Source of the DNA: Gemmatimonadota bacterium
Lineage (GTDB): Bacteria > Gemmatimonadota > Gemmatimonadetes > Longimicrobiales > RSA9
Direction: 5' to 3'
Assembly: GCA_040905425.1 (NCBI GenBank)
Contig: JBBDRO010000103.1
Coordinates: forward strand, 13,959 to 77,958
DNA: 64,000 bases
A program made the position numbers and the translations under genes. Below the pieces are notes generated by a model. It did no database searches. It was not told the DNA's origin and was given only the letters and a program-made list of their open reading frames with translations. The stretch's first letter is position 1; every line of letters starts with the position of its first letter. Positions 17,781 through 28,181 of this stretch are shown here, one piece after another.

Positions 17781-20486
17781 TTGACCATGGTCCCACGTTC
17801 CGTACGCGCACCGGCCCGCTCCGCAGCCCTGCTCGCGGTGGCCGCCGCCGGCGTGCTCGCACCCGCTCCGGCCCTCGCGCAGGATGATCTGCCGGCGGGC
17901 GTGGACCCGCGCACGTACCTGGATGCGGATCTGCCCACCGTGTCGGCGCGGCGCATCACCGCGCCCATCGTGCTGGACGGCCGCCTGGACGAGGCGTTGT
18001 GGAGCCAGGCCGAGCCGGCGGGCAGCTTCGTGCAGACGGAGCCCTATGACGGCCGTGTCGCCTCGGAGCCCACCGAAGTCCGGGTGCTCTATGACGATGA
18101 CGCGCTGTACGTGGGCGCGCGTATGCATCAGACGTCCGGCGACGTGCGGCGCCGCCTGGGCGCGCGCGACGCCATGCTGAGTGACTCGGACTGGTTCTAC
18201 GTGATGCTGGACAGCTACCACGACCACCAGACGGCCTTCAAGTTCAGTGTCAATCCGGCGGGCGTGAAGCGGGACGAGATCGAGGGCGTGGGCCGTGGCA
18301 TGATGGGCCGTGGGGACACGTCGTGGGATGCCGTCTGGGACGTGGCCACCAGGATCGACGAGGACGGCTGGACGGCGGAGATCCGTATTCCCTTCAGCCA
18401 GCTCCGCTTCCGGGACGAGCAGGTGCAGACCTGGGGCGTGCAGTTCTCGCGCCGCCTCATCGCGGACGAGGAGACGGTGGTGCTGGCGCACACCCCCAAG
18501 AGCCAGCGGGGCGGGGTGGCGCGCTACGGCCATCTGGTGGGTCTGGAGGGGATCCGGCCTGGGAAGCGCACCGAAATCCTACCCTACCTGACGGGCCGGT
18601 TCGACGCGCTGGACGTGGCGCCGGGTGATCCGTTCCGCGACGGCTCCGACGGCGGGGCCAGCATGGGCGCCGACCTCAAGTACCGCGTCACGTCCAGCCT
18701 CACCCTGGACGCCACCATCAATCCCGACTTCGGCCAGGTGGAGGTGGACCCGGCCGTGGTGAATCTGAGCGCCAACGAGACCTCGCTGGACGAGAAGCGG
18801 CCCTTCTTCGTGGAGGGGGATGACGTCTTCCAGTTCCGCGGCATGCGGCTCTTCTATTCGCGGCGCATCGGCCGCCAGCCGCAGGGGAGCACGCCGTCCG
18901 GGACGCTTTACCGGGACGTGCCGGGCAGTACCAGGATCCTGGGCGCCGCCAAGCTGTCGGGGAAGACCACCAACGGCTGGAACGTGGGGGTGCTGAACGC
19001 GCTCACCGCGAAGGAGCGGGCCGACTGGATCGGCGCCGACGAGTCCCCCGGATCCAATGTGGTGGAGCCGCTGGCCAACTACTTCATCGCGCGCGCCGAG
19101 AAGCAGATGCGGCGGGGCGAGAGTTCCACGGGCGGCATCCTCACGCTGGTCAATCGGCGGCTGGACGGGACGGGGCTGGACGGGCGTCTACGCGCCACGG
19201 CGCTGACCGGCGGCGCGGACTTCTCGCATCAGTTCCTGCGCCGTAGCTGGCAGGTGAGCGGCTACGCCACCATGAGCCAGGTGCGCGGCAGCCAGCAGGC
19301 CATGCTGCTCACCCAGCGCTCCTCGGCGCGCTACTTCCACCGGCCGGACGCGGACCACCTGGCGCTGGATTCGGCGCGTACGAAGCTGACCGGCTACGCG
19401 GCCCGGGTGGAGCTGCGCAAGTCGGCGGGGCTGCACTGGCGCGGTGACGTGAACCTGAGCGCCACCAGCCCCGGCTTCGAGATCAACGACTTCGGCTTCC
19501 AGACCGGCGTGGACCGCGTGGGCACGGACGTGAATTTCTCCTATGTGGAGAACACACCGGGCCGCATCTTCCGCAGCTACTGGATCAGCAGCCGCACCGC
19601 CATGGACTGGAATTACGGTGGTGACCGGACGAGCGGCCGCACCACGCTGAGCTTCCGGGGCTCGTTCACCAACTACTGGGGCGGCAACGTCAGCTTGACG
19701 CGCTCCTTCGAGGCGTTCGACGATCGTCTCACCCGTGGCGGTCCCATGGCGTTCGACCCGGCGGGCTACAACGTGCGCATGGACCTGAACTCGGACAGCC
19801 GCAAGGCGCTCAGCTTGCGCGGCAATCTAAACCGATCCTGGGGAGACTCCGGCGGCTGGCGGAACGCCGCCTCCGTGACGCTCACCGCGCGGCCAGCGGA
19901 GAACTGGTCGGTCACCGTGGGTCCCGACGTGAGCCGCAGCCGGACCTCGGCCCAGTACGTCACTTCGGTGGCGGACGAGCACATGCCGTCCACCTACGGC
20001 CGGCGCTATATCTTCGCGCCCATCCAGCAGACCACCGTCTCCATGGACACGCGGCTGAACGTCAACTTCACGCCGGCGCTTTCGCTGGATCTGTACGCCC
20101 AGCCGTTCGTGTCTACCGCGGATTACGGCGAGCCCATGCAGCTGGCCGCGCCGCGCAGCTACGACTTTGAGGTCTTCGGCACGGACGTGGGGACGCTCAG
20201 CTACGATGCGGAGCAGGATCGCTATGCCATCGACCCCGACGGTAGCGGCCCCGCCCGGGGCTTCACGTTCAGCAATCGGGATTTCAACCGGCGTTCGCTG
20301 CGGGGCAACGCCGTGCTGCGCTGGGAGTGGCGGCCCGGCTCGAACCTCTTCCTGGTCTGGCAGCAGAGCCGCTCGCGTCGCCTGGACACCGGGGAGTTCA
20401 GTCTGGAGCGGGACGTGCGAGGCGTCTTCGACAGCGCACCGGAGAGTATGTTCATGCTGAAGGTCGATTACTGGTTGAACCTGTGA
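17781..20486 (+). CDS. large secreted CBM9-like / DUF5916-type protein
   Basis: Signal peptide (AALLAVAAAGVLAPAPALAQ). The N-terminal module RRITAPIVLDGRLDEALWSQAEPAGSFVQTEPYDG...VRVLYDDDALYVGARM is typical of this family. The C-terminal half is long and beta-rich. Confidence 0.7.
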   Translation: MTMVPRSVRAPARSAALLAVAAAGVLAPAPALAQDDLPAGVDPRTYLDADLPTVSARRITAPIVLDGRLDEALWSQAEPAGSFVQTEPYDGRVASEPTEVRVLYDDDALYVGARMHQTSGDVRRRLGARDAMLSDSDWFYVMLDSYHDHQTAFKFSVNPAGVKRDEIEGVGRGMMGRGDTSWDAVWDVATRIDEDGWTAEIRIPFSQLRFRDEQVQTWGVQFSRRLIADEETVVLAHTPKSQRGGVARYGHLVGLEGIRPGKRTEILPYLTGRFDALDVAPGDPFRDGSDGGASMGADLKYRVTSSLTLDATINPDFGQVEVDPAVVNLSANETSLDEKRPFFVEGDDVFQFRGMRLFYSRRIGRQPQGSTPSGTLYRDVPGSTRILGAAKLSGKTTNGWNVGVLNALTAKERADWIGADESPGSNVVEPLANYFIARAEKQMRRGESSTGGILTLVNRRLDGTGLDGRLRATALTGGADFSHQFLRRSWQVSGYATMSQVRGSQQAMLLTQRSSARYFHRPDADHLALDSARTKLTGYAARVELRKSAGLHWRGDVNLSATSPGFEINDFGFQTGVDRVGTDVNFSYVENTPGRIFRSYWISSRTAMDWNYGGDRTSGRTTLSFRGSFTNYWGGNVSLTRSFEAFDDRLTRGGPMAFDPAGYNVRMDLNSDSRKALSLRGNLNRSWGDSGGWRNAASVTLTARPAENWSVTVGPDVSRSRTSAQYVTSVADEHMPSTYGRRYIFAPIQQTTVSMDTRLNVNFTPALSLDLYAQPFVSTADYGEPMQLAAPRSYDFEVFGTDVGTLSYDAEQDRYAIDPDGSGPARGFTFSNRDFNRRSLRGNAVLRWEWRPGSNLFLVWQQSRSRRLDTGEFSLERDVRGVFDSAPESMFMLKVDYWLNL

Positions 20487-22051
20487 GTGCGCCCGTGTGG
20501 CCGTGCGTGGCCCGCACGGCCGGACGCGCCCGATCCCTGGGCGCGTTGAGCGCGGCCCTCCTCGCCGGCTGCGCGCCCCTCACGGGTCCGGGCGCTCCCG
20601 CGCCGGGCGAGCGCCTGGCCGCGAGTATCGACTCCATCATCTCCAGCCGGCCGCTGGACGGCATGCACTGGGGCATCCTGGTGCGGGAGCACGCCACCGG
20701 CCGGGTGCTCTACGAGCGCGACGCGGACAGGAAGTTCATTCCCGCCTCGAACACCAAGCTGGTGGTCACGGCGGTGGCGCTGGGCGTGCTCGGTCCCGAG
20801 TGGCGCTACACCACGCCCCTCGTGGCGGTGCGCTCGCCTGGGGACAGCGTGGCCGCGGAGCTGCGGGTGCGCGGCAGCGGTGATCCCACCTTTTCGGCGC
20901 GTTTCCACGAGGAGCCGCTGGCCGCACTGGATTCCATGGCCCGGGCCGTGCGCGCCGCGGGCATCACGCGTGTGACCGGGGACGTGGTGGTGGAGACGGA
21001 CGCCTTCGTGGATCCGGAGGTCCTTGGCGCGTGGGAGGTTGGGGACCTGCCATGGTACTATGCCGCGCCGACCGCGGCTTTCGCCGTGGCGGAGGGGACA
21101 TTTCAGCTCATCGTGGAACCGGGTCCGGCGCCCGGCTATCCCGGGCGGGCGCGCGTGCTCGGTGGGTCGTGGCTGGACCTCGAGGGGGAGATCGTCACGG
21201 ATACGGCGGGCGCCCCCAGCCGCCGGAGCGTGGACTTCACGGCCCGCCGTGAGGCCATCCACCTCACCGGCAGCATTGCCGCCGACGCCGGCGCCGACAC
21301 CGTGACGCTGGCGGTCACCCGCCCCGCCGAATACGCGGGGCGCGCGCTGCGGGCGGCGCTGGCGCGGGCGGGGGTGGTGATGGAGGGCCGCAGCCGCGTG
21401 CATGACGTGGACATCACGGCCGGTCCCGTGCCCGGCGGCATGACGGCGGACACGCTGGCGCGCCTGCGCTCCGCCCCGCTCCTGGACATCGTCACGGCCA
21501 TCCTGCAGCCCAGCCAGAACTGGATGGCGGAGCAGCTCCTGAAGACGCTCGGTGCCCTGGCCGACTCCACCGGCGCCGTCGACCCGGCCGCGGCGCCTGC
21601 TGGTGGGAGCTGGAGCACGGGCCTGGCCGTGGAGGAGCGCTACCTCACGCAGGTGGTGGGCGTGGACTCCCTCTCGTTCAGTCTGCGGGACGCCTCCGGC
21701 CTTTCGGCCCAGAACGTGCTGAGCCCCCGTACCACGGTTACGTTGCTGGACCACGCGCACGCGCGCTGGGGGGATGCCTGGGACGCGGCGCTCGCCGGTC
21801 CGGGCGTTGCGGGGAGTACGCTGAACCGGCGGCTCACCGCGCTGGAGGGGCGCGTCTTCGGCAAGACGGGGACGATCGCCAACGTGAACGCGCTGAGCGG
21901 CTACCTGCTCACGCGGGACGGCCGCCGGCTCACCTTCAGCATCCTGACCAACGGTTCCGGCTTGCCGGCATCCCGGGTACGGCAGGCCATCGACGCCATT
22001 GTCGAAGTCACAGCCCGGGAGGCAGGCATGGATGGATCCGAGACATCGTAA
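20483..22051 (+). CDS. dacB: D-alanyl-D-alanine carboxypeptidase/endopeptidase (PBP4, S13 family)
   Basis: GTG 20483 overlaps the upstream stop (GTGA). Lipoprotein-like LLAGC; the SxxK motif within IPASNTKLV; GKTGT near the C-terminus. Confidence 0.8.
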   Translation: MSAPVWPCVARTAGRARSLGALSAALLAGCAPLTGPGAPAPGERLAASIDSIISSRPLDGMHWGILVREHATGRVLYERDADRKFIPASNTKLVVTAVALGVLGPEWRYTTPLVAVRSPGDSVAAELRVRGSGDPTFSARFHEEPLAALDSMARAVRAAGITRVTGDVVVETDAFVDPEVLGAWEVGDLPWYYAAPTAAFAVAEGTFQLIVEPGPAPGYPGRARVLGGSWLDLEGEIVTDTAGAPSRRSVDFTARREAIHLTGSIAADAGADTVTLAVTRPAEYAGRALRAALARAGVVMEGRSRVHDVDITAGPVPGGMTADTLARLRSAPLLDIVTAILQPSQNWMAEQLLKTLGALADSTGAVDPAAAPAGGSWSTGLAVEERYLTQVVGVDSLSFSLRDASGLSAQNVLSPRTTVTLLDHAHARWGDAWDAALAGPGVAGSTLNRRLTALEGRVFGKTGTIANVNALSGYLLTRDGRRLTFSILTNGSGLPASRVRQAIDAIVEVTAREAGMDGSETS

Positions 22052-22484
22052 CGCACTCCTCGTTGCAGCCGGCGTGGTGCTGGCTTTCCTGGTGGGCTTC
22101 GGCTGGCAGTACACGCGCGCCGAGGCCGTGGAGGATCACCTCGAGACCACCACCCGGGAGGCCACCTTCCAGCGGCTGCAGGCTACCCTGGCCGCGGCGG
22201 CGCTGGACGCGCGGGCCGGGGCGCATGAGGTGGCCCGCCAGCACGCCAGCCGCTTCTATTCCGGCCTGCAGGACGCCCTGCCCGACGCCCCGGCCGGGGC
22301 GGCCGAGGAGCTGGGGGCAATCCTGGCCACGCGGGATGCCATGATCACCTCCCTGTCCCGGTCCGATCCCGAAGTGGCGGACCAGCTCCACCGCCTCTTC
22401 CTGCGTTGGCGCCTGGCCTTCGACGAACCGGTCGGCCCGTCACCGCCCGGACCGGATACTGCGGCCGACACCGCCGGGTCCTGA
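22032..22484 (+). CDS. hypothetical single-pass membrane protein
   Basis: MDPRHRNALLVAAGVVLAFLVGFGW... followed by a helical Ala-rich domain. It overlaps the dacB 3' end by 20 nt. Confidence 0.45.
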   Translation: MDPRHRNALLVAAGVVLAFLVGFGWQYTRAEAVEDHLETTTREATFQRLQATLAAAALDARAGAHEVARQHASRFYSGLQDALPDAPAGAAEELGAILATRDAMITSLSRSDPEVADQLHRLFLRWRLAFDEPVGPSPPGPDTAADTAGS

Positions 22485-22525
22485 GCGGGGTGAGCGGCGG
22501 GGCCGGCCGGACGGCTGCCGGCCGG

Positions 22526-23239
22526 ATGCTTCGGCGGGCGTGGTCGGAAGCCGTGACCGGCTGGCGCGCCCTGCCCCGGAGCACACAGCGGAGCGCGCTG
22601 CGCACGGTGGTGGTGGGGGCCGTCCTGCTGGTGGCCGCCACGGTGGCCGCGGTGTTCGTGGCGCGCCGCCTGGAGCTGGCCGGCGCCCTGGCCGGCGAGC
22701 CCGCCCTCCTGGACGCCTTCCTGGCCACCGGCTGGGTCTCCTTCAGCGGCGGGGTATGGCTGCAGGCACTCGGCACGGATCTGTTTCTCACGGCCATCGT
22801 GCTGGTGGGCGCCATCCTCTCCCTGCGCGCCGGCCGGCCGCTCACCGCCCTGGCGCTCGTGCTGGCCTTCGTGGGCATGGACCTGGCCGTCCGGCTTGGC
22901 TGGTCACTGTGGGCGCGGCCCCGTCCCACGGTGGTCTTCGGCGGGGAGGCCGCCCCCGGCTTCCACGCCTTTCCCTCCGGCCACTCGGGCAAGACCGTGG
23001 TGGTGTGGGGGCTGCTGGCCGTGCTCTGGATGCGCGCCTCGCGCAGCACGGTGGAACGGCTGGTGGTGGGGGTGGGGGCCGCCGTGATCATGGTGCTGGT
23101 GCCCGTGGCGCGCCTGCGCATGGGCGCCCACTGGCCGAGTGACCTGGTGGGCGGCGCCTTCCTGGGGCTGGTCTGGCTGACTGTGGTCGCCCGGCTCGTG
23201 ATGCTGGAGGCTGGACTCAGTCCGCCGCCCCCTCCGTGA
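22526..23239 (+). CDS. PAP2 superfamily phosphatase
   Basis: Multi-pass membrane protein with PAP2 motifs FPSGHSGKT and RLRMGAHWPSDLVGG. The start is uncertain (GTG 22490 or ATG 22526). Confidence 0.7.
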   Translation: MLRRAWSEAVTGWRALPRSTQRSALRTVVVGAVLLVAATVAAVFVARRLELAGALAGEPALLDAFLATGWVSFSGGVWLQALGTDLFLTAIVLVGAILSLRAGRPLTALALVLAFVGMDLAVRLGWSLWARPRPTVVFGGEAAPGFHAFPSGHSGKTVVVWGLLAVLWMRASRSTVERLVVGVGAAVIMVLVPVARLRMGAHWPSDLVGGAFLGLVWLTVVARLVMLEAGLSPPPPP

Positions 23240-24065
23240 GCGGCGCCGCCAGGCCGTGCTCCCCCAGCGCCGCCCGCATGGACCGGTAGCCCTCCTCCAG
23301 GAAGAAGCCCGTGCGCGCGAAGTCGAAGGTGGATGTGCCCTGCAGGCGCGGCCGCACCAGGATCAGCTCCGGTCCCGTCCACGCCGCCAGCTGCAGCTGC
23401 TTGCGCGCGTAGTTCATGATGTCGGTCACCCGGTGGTGGATGGCAATGAGGCCCGCCTCCACCGTATCCCGGTCATCCTTGACCGGACCGCTCCCCGCGT
23501 CCACGGCAATCACGCGCGTGGCCCCGCGCTCCCTGGCCCTGGTGAGCGGCAGCGCGTCGGCCACCCCGCCGTCCACGTAATACTCGCCGTCCAGCTCCAC
23601 CGGCGGATAGAAGACCGGCAGCGAACAGGAGGCGTTGACCGCGTCCACGAGCGGCACGTCCGTCCGCCCACCGGCCCCGAACCATTCCATCTCACCCGTC
23701 TCCAGCCGCACCGCATTGGTGGCGAACGGTATGCTCAGCTCATCCCACTCCGTGACCGGCAGCACGCCGGCGATGTAGTTGCGCAGCGGCTCGCCCCGGA
23801 AGATCGCGGGTTGGCGGATACCGTTCAGCAGCAGCGCCCAGCGGTTCAGCCCCACGATGTCCGCCTTCGCGAGCGCCCGCGCCCGCGTGGCCAGCTCCTC
23901 CGTGGTACTGCCGCCCGCGATGGTGGCGCCCACCAGGGCGCCGATGCTCGTGCCCAGGATCTCGTGGATGGCCACGCCCGCCTCCCGCAGCGCGCGCCAC
24001 GCACCCACGTGCGTGAGGCCCTTCACGCCTCCGCCGCCCAGCACCAGTATGGTCCGCTCGGCCAT
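23217..24065 (-). CDS. patatin-like phospholipase
   Basis: LVLGGGGVKG (oxyanion Gly-rich loop), GTSIG (GxSxG nucleophile) and DGG (catalytic Asp). ATG 24065 is preceded by AAGGAA. Confidence 0.8.
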   Translation of the reverse strand: MAERTILVLGGGGVKGLTHVGAWRALREAGVAIHEILGTSIGALVGATIAGGSTTEELATRARALAKADIVGLNRWALLLNGIRQPAIFRGEPLRNYIAGVLPVTEWDELSIPFATNAVRLETGEMEWFGAGGRTDVPLVDAVNASCSLPVFYPPVELDGEYYVDGGVADALPLTRARERGATRVIAVDAGSGPVKDDRDTVEAGLIAIHHRVTDIMNYARKQLQLAAWTGPELILVRPRLQGTSTFDFARTGFFLEEGYRSMRAALGEHGLAAPLTEGAAD

Positions 24066-24204
24066 GCCATTCCTTTCTTCAAGCGACGCTGCCCGTCCAC
24101 GTTCTTCCGCTCCTACACCCACCGGCTCGCCGGGGGTCGCGGCACGCCCCTCGCGCAGTGCCGCTTCGGTTGACAGTATAAGGGTCTCCCGGTAGCTTCG
24201 GGGT

Positions 24205-24228
24205 GATACTGAGAATCATTCTTGATTC
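24205..24228. promoter_or_regulatory. Fur-box-like operator upstream of the suf operon
   Basis: gatactgagaatcattctt matches the 19-bp Fur consensus GATAATGATAATCATTATC at 15/19 positions. It contains the perfect palindrome GAATCA-ttct-TGATTC (24213-24228), 37 nt upstream of sufC. A TTGACA lies at 24170-24175. Confidence 0.45.
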
Positions 24229-24264
24229 GTCCGCCGACTCTGGCCGGCGCGCGGTGAGGATACG

Positions 24265-25035
24265 ATGAGCGAGCCGTTGCTGAAGATATTGAATCTGCAT
24301 GCCGAGGTAGCCGAGGACGGCACCGAGATCCTGAAGGGTGTGGATCTGGAGGTGACCGCCGGCGAGATGCACGCCGTGATGGGCCCCAACGGGTCGGGCA
24401 AGAGTACGCTGGCCAAGGTGCTCTCCGGCCACCCGGGTTACGAGGTGACCCAGGGGGAGATCCTCTATCGTGGGGATAACCTGCTGGAACTGGAGGTGGA
24501 CGAGCGCGCGCGGGAGGGGATCTTCCTGGCCTTCCAGTATCCGGTGGACATTCCCGGCGTCTCCATTGCCAACTTCATGCGTACCGCCGTCCAGTCCCGC
24601 AGTCCGGACGAGGAGGTGGACATCTTCGACTTCCAGGAGGCGCTCGTGGAGCGCATGCAGCTCCTGGAGATGGACCCCAGCTTTGCCGCGCGCAGCGTGA
24701 ATGACGGCTTCAGCGGTGGTGAGAAGAAGCGCAATGAGATCCTGCAGATGGCCATGCTCGAGCCCGCGCTGGCCATCATGGACGAGACCGACTCGGGGCT
24801 GGACATCGACGCCCTCAAGATCGTCAGTGACGGCGTCAACAAGCTGAAGGCGGAGCGCCCTGACATGGCGGTGCTGCTCATCACGCACTACCAGCGCATC
24901 CTGAACTACATCCAGCCGGATCACGTGCACGTGATGGTGGCCGGGCGCATCGTGCGCTCCGGTGGCCCGGAAGTGGCGGCGGAGCTGGAAGAGAAGGGCT
25001 ACGAGACCTGGCGCACCGAGCCCGCGCCGGTCTGA
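24265..25035 (+). CDS. sufC: Fe-S cluster assembly ATPase SufC
   Basis: Walker [13 protein letters not shown] signature FSGGEKKR, Walker [13 protein letters not shown]. Confidence 0.95.
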   Translation: MSEPLLKILNLHAEVAEDGTEILKGVDLEVTAGEMHAVMGPNGSGKSTLAKVLSGHPGYEVTQGEILYRGDNLLELEVDERAREGIFLAFQYPVDIPGVSIANFMRTAVQSRSPDEEVDIFDFQEALVERMQLLEMDPSFAARSVNDGFSGGEKKRNEILQMAMLEPALAIMDETDSGLDIDALKIVSDGVNKLKAERPDMAVLLITHYQRILNYIQPDHVHVMVAGRIVRSGGPEVAAELEEKGYETWRTEPAPV

Positions 25036-25065
25036 GCCGAATCCCCGCAGGAAGGAACGAGACAT

Positions 25066-26484
25066 ATGCCAGCCAACGAAACAGTCCAGGGACTCGGCCT
25101 CGAGGAGTACAAGTACGGCTTCGTCACGGATGAGGGGAAGCCGGTCTTCAAGTCGGAGCCCGGCCTCTCGGAGGCCATCGTCCGGCAGATCTCCATGCAC
25201 AAGGAGGAGCCCGAGTGGATGCTCGAGTTCCGCCTGAAGGCGCTGGAGATCTACTACTCCAAGCCCATGCCGAACTGGGGCGGTGACCTCTCCCGGTTGA
25301 ACGATACGCTGGACGAGATCTACTACTATCTGCGTCCGCAGGATCATATGGAGCGGTCCTGGGACGACGTTCCCCAGGAGATCAAGGACACGTTCGAGAA
25401 GCTGGGCATCCCCGAGGCGGAGCGGAAGGTGCTGGCGGGGGTGGGCGCCCAGTACGAATCGGAGATGGTCTACCACTCGCTGAAGAAGGAGTGGGAGGAC
25501 AAGGGGATCATCTTCGAGTCCATCGAGGACGGTCTGCGCAAGTATCCCGAGCTCTTCCGGGAGCACTTCTCCACCATCGTGCCGCCCGGGGACAACAAGT
25601 TCGCCGCGCTCAACAGCGCCGTCTGGTCGGGCGGCTCCTTCGTGTACATCCCGAAGGGCGTCAAGGTGAACACGCCGCTGCAGGCGTACTTCCGTGTGAA
25701 CGCGGAGAAGATGGGGCAGTTCGAGCGCACCCTCATCATCGTGGACGAGGGCGCCGAGGCCCAGTACATCGAGGGCTGCACGGCGCCGGTCTACACCACC
25801 GAGTCGTTCCATTCGGGGGTGATCGAAATCGTGGTCAAGCCCAATGCCCGGTTCCGGTACGTGACCATCCAGAACTGGTCGAGCAACATGTACAACCTGG
25901 TCACGCAGCGGGCCATGGTGCACGAGCACGCCACCATGGAGTGGCTGGACGGCAATCTGGGCTCCAAGCTCACCATGAAGTACCCGTCCTGCTACCTGGT
26001 CGGCGAGGGCGCCCACGGCGAGATTCTCTCCATTGCCTACGCCGGCAACGGGCAGCACCAGGACACCGGCGGCAAGGTGGTGCACGCGGCGCCGCACACC
26101 ACCTCCCAGATCCTGTCGAAGTCCATTTCGAAGGGCACGGGCCGCTCCACCTACCGCGGACTGTGCAAGATCTACGACGGCGCGGAGGGCGCCAAGTCCA
26201 ACGTGGAGTGTGACGCGCTCCTGCTGAACGAGACGTCCCGCACGGACACCTTCCCCTACATCGAGATCGAGGAGCAGACGGCCAGCGTGGGCCACGAAGC
26301 CAGCGTCTCCAAGATCGGCGCCGAGCAGCTCTTCTACCTCATGAGCCGCGGGCTCAGTGAGGAGGAGGCGGCCGCCATGATCGTGCGCGGCTTCATCGAG
26401 CCCATTGCCAAGCAGCTCCCGCTGGAGTATGCCGTGGAGTTGAACCGACTCATCGAGCTGGAGATGGAGGGTTCCGTTGGCTGA
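25066..26484 (+). CDS. sufB: Fe-S cluster assembly scaffold protein SufB
   Basis: 472 aa with highly conserved SufB blocks ([66 protein letters not shown]). Confidence 0.95.
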   Translation: MPANETVQGLGLEEYKYGFVTDEGKPVFKSEPGLSEAIVRQISMHKEEPEWMLEFRLKALEIYYSKPMPNWGGDLSRLNDTLDEIYYYLRPQDHMERSWDDVPQEIKDTFEKLGIPEAERKVLAGVGAQYESEMVYHSLKKEWEDKGIIFESIEDGLRKYPELFREHFSTIVPPGDNKFAALNSAVWSGGSFVYIPKGVKVNTPLQAYFRVNAEKMGQFERTLIIVDEGAEAQYIEGCTAPVYTTESFHSGVIEIVVKPNARFRYVTIQNWSSNMYNLVTQRAMVHEHATMEWLDGNLGSKLTMKYPSCYLVGEGAHGEILSIAYAGNGQHQDTGGKVVHAAPHTTSQILSKSISKGTGRSTYRGLCKIYDGAEGAKSNVECDALLLNETSRTDTFPYIEIEEQTASVGHEASVSKIGAEQLFYLMSRGLSEEEAAAMIVRGFIEPIAKQLPLEYAVELNRLIELEMEGSVG

Positions 26485-27799
26485 GGCAGTACTGGCGGTC
26501 GAGGGCGTCTCGGCCGCATTCAATCGTGAGGCGGTAAGCGCCCGCGCCGGATCCGAGCCGCAGTGGCTCACCGAACGGCGCCTGGCCGCCTGGGACACCT
26601 ACGAAGCCACCCCCATGCCCACCACGCGGCTGGAGGAGTGGCGCTACACCGACCCCAAACGGCTGCGCTGGGCGGACGTGGCGCTGCCCGCCGAGCCGCC
26701 GGAAGGCGACGACCGCGGGGCGCACGACATCCTGGATGGGCGGCCGGCTGACGCCACGGTATTCGTGACCAACGGCCGTGTGCGGGAGGTCACCCTGTCG
26801 GCCGAGCTGGCCGCCAAGGGCGTCATCCTGGCGGATCTGGCCACGGCTGCTATGGAGCACGAAGCCCTTGTCCGAGAGCATCTCGGCACCCGGGCCACGA
26901 CGCCCGAGGAGGGCAAGTTCGCCGCGCTGAACGGCGCCCTGTGGAGCGGCGGCGTCTTCCTGTACCTGCCAAAGGGCGTACGGGTGGAGCATCCCATCCG
27001 CGTCATCCGCTGGGTGGACGCGGGTGGACAGGCGTACCTGCCGCGCACCCTCATCGTGGCCGAGCAGGGCAGTCACGCGGCCTTCGTGGAGGAGTTCGCC
27101 TCGCCGGACTTCGACAAGGCCAGCCCCGTCTTCTCCTGCGGAGCCGTGGAGATCCTGGCCGGTCCGGCCTCCGAGGTGCAGTACGTCTCGCTGCAGCACT
27201 GGGGCGACCATGTGCACCACATGGCCACGCACCGCACCATCGCCGAGCGGGACGCCAACCTGGATACGCTGGTGGTGAACCTGGGCGGCCGCGTGGCGCG
27301 CGTGGACCTGGCCGCTTCCATGGAGGGCCCCGGCTCTCGCAGTGACATGCTCGGCCTCTACTTCGGCCGGGGCGAGCAGCATTTCGACCACAACACGCGC
27401 CAGAACCACAGGGTGCCGCACGCCACCAGCGACCTGCTCTACAAGGGCGCGCTGGATGATCGGGCGCACGCCGTCTTCCGCGGCATCATCAAGGTCTATC
27501 CCAAGGCGCAGCGCACCGACGCCTACCAGACCAACCGCAACCTGCTGCTCTCCAGATCGAGCCAGGCCACGGCGCTGCCCAATCTGGAGATCGAGGCGGA
27601 TGACGTGCGCTGCTCGCACGCGGCCACGGTGGGACAGCTCGACGAGGATGAACTCTTCTACATCATGAGCCGCGGCATCGCGCGCCGCGAGGCGGAGCGG
27701 CTGGTGGTCTTCGGCTTCTTTGGTGAGGTGCTGGACCGCCTGCCCATGGAGGGCGTCACCGAGGAGTTGCGTGACGCCATTGCCCGGAAGATCGGCTGA
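26477..27799 (+). CDS. sufD: Fe-S cluster assembly protein SufD
   Basis: TTG 26477 overlaps the sufB stop. SufD blocks: [50 protein letters not shown]. Confidence 0.9.
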   Translation: MAEAVLAVEGVSAAFNREAVSARAGSEPQWLTERRLAAWDTYEATPMPTTRLEEWRYTDPKRLRWADVALPAEPPEGDDRGAHDILDGRPADATVFVTNGRVREVTLSAELAAKGVILADLATAAMEHEALVREHLGTRATTPEEGKFAALNGALWSGGVFLYLPKGVRVEHPIRVIRWVDAGGQAYLPRTLIVAEQGSHAAFVEEFASPDFDKASPVFSCGAVEILAGPASEVQYVSLQHWGDHVHHMATHRTIAERDANLDTLVVNLGGRVARVDLAASMEGPGSRSDMLGLYFGRGEQHFDHNTRQNHRVPHATSDLLYKGALDDRAHAVFRGIIKVYPKAQRTDAYQTNRNLLLSRSSQATALPNLEIEADDVRCSHAATVGQLDEDELFYIMSRGIARREAERLVVFGFFGEVLDRLPMEGVTEELRDAIARKIG

Positions 27800-27833
27800 T
27801 GGGGAGCGGATGCCGACGCCTTGAGGTACGGTT

Positions 27834-28157
27834 GTGACCGAGGGCATCGAGAATTTCGTGCGCGTGGCCGCCGTGGCGGACGTGCCGCCGGGCAAGCTCC
27901 ACGGCGTGGAAGTGGACGGGCACTCCATCTGCCTGGCCAACGCCGACGGACAGCTCTACGCCTTCAAGAACAACTGCTCGCACCGTGACTTCCCGCTGGA
28001 TACGGGCGAGCTCGAGGGCAACAAGGTGGAGTGCTCCTGGCACGGCGCAAAATTTGACGTGACCACCGGCAAGGCGTTGCAGCTCCCCGCCATCAAGCCC
28101 GTCGTCACCTATGAGGTGCGCGTGGACGGGGATGACATCCTGGTGGCGGTGGATTAG
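27834..28157 (+). CDS. Rieske [2Fe-2S] domain protein
   Basis: CSHRDFPL...CSWHGAKF (CxH...CxxH), 107 aa, GTG start. Confidence 0.85.
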   Translation: MTEGIENFVRVAAVADVPPGKLHGVEVDGHSICLANADGQLYAFKNNCSHRDFPLDTGELEGNKVECSWHGAKFDVTTGKALQLPAIKPVVTYEVRVDGDDILVAVD

Positions 28158-28181
28158 CCGCCGCCGGAAGGTGATGAGGAC

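Noticed and set aside
24079-26598. 839-aa minus-strand ORF
   Set aside because: It is antisense to the unmistakable sufC and sufB genes, with low-complexity Leu/Arg/Gly/His composition.
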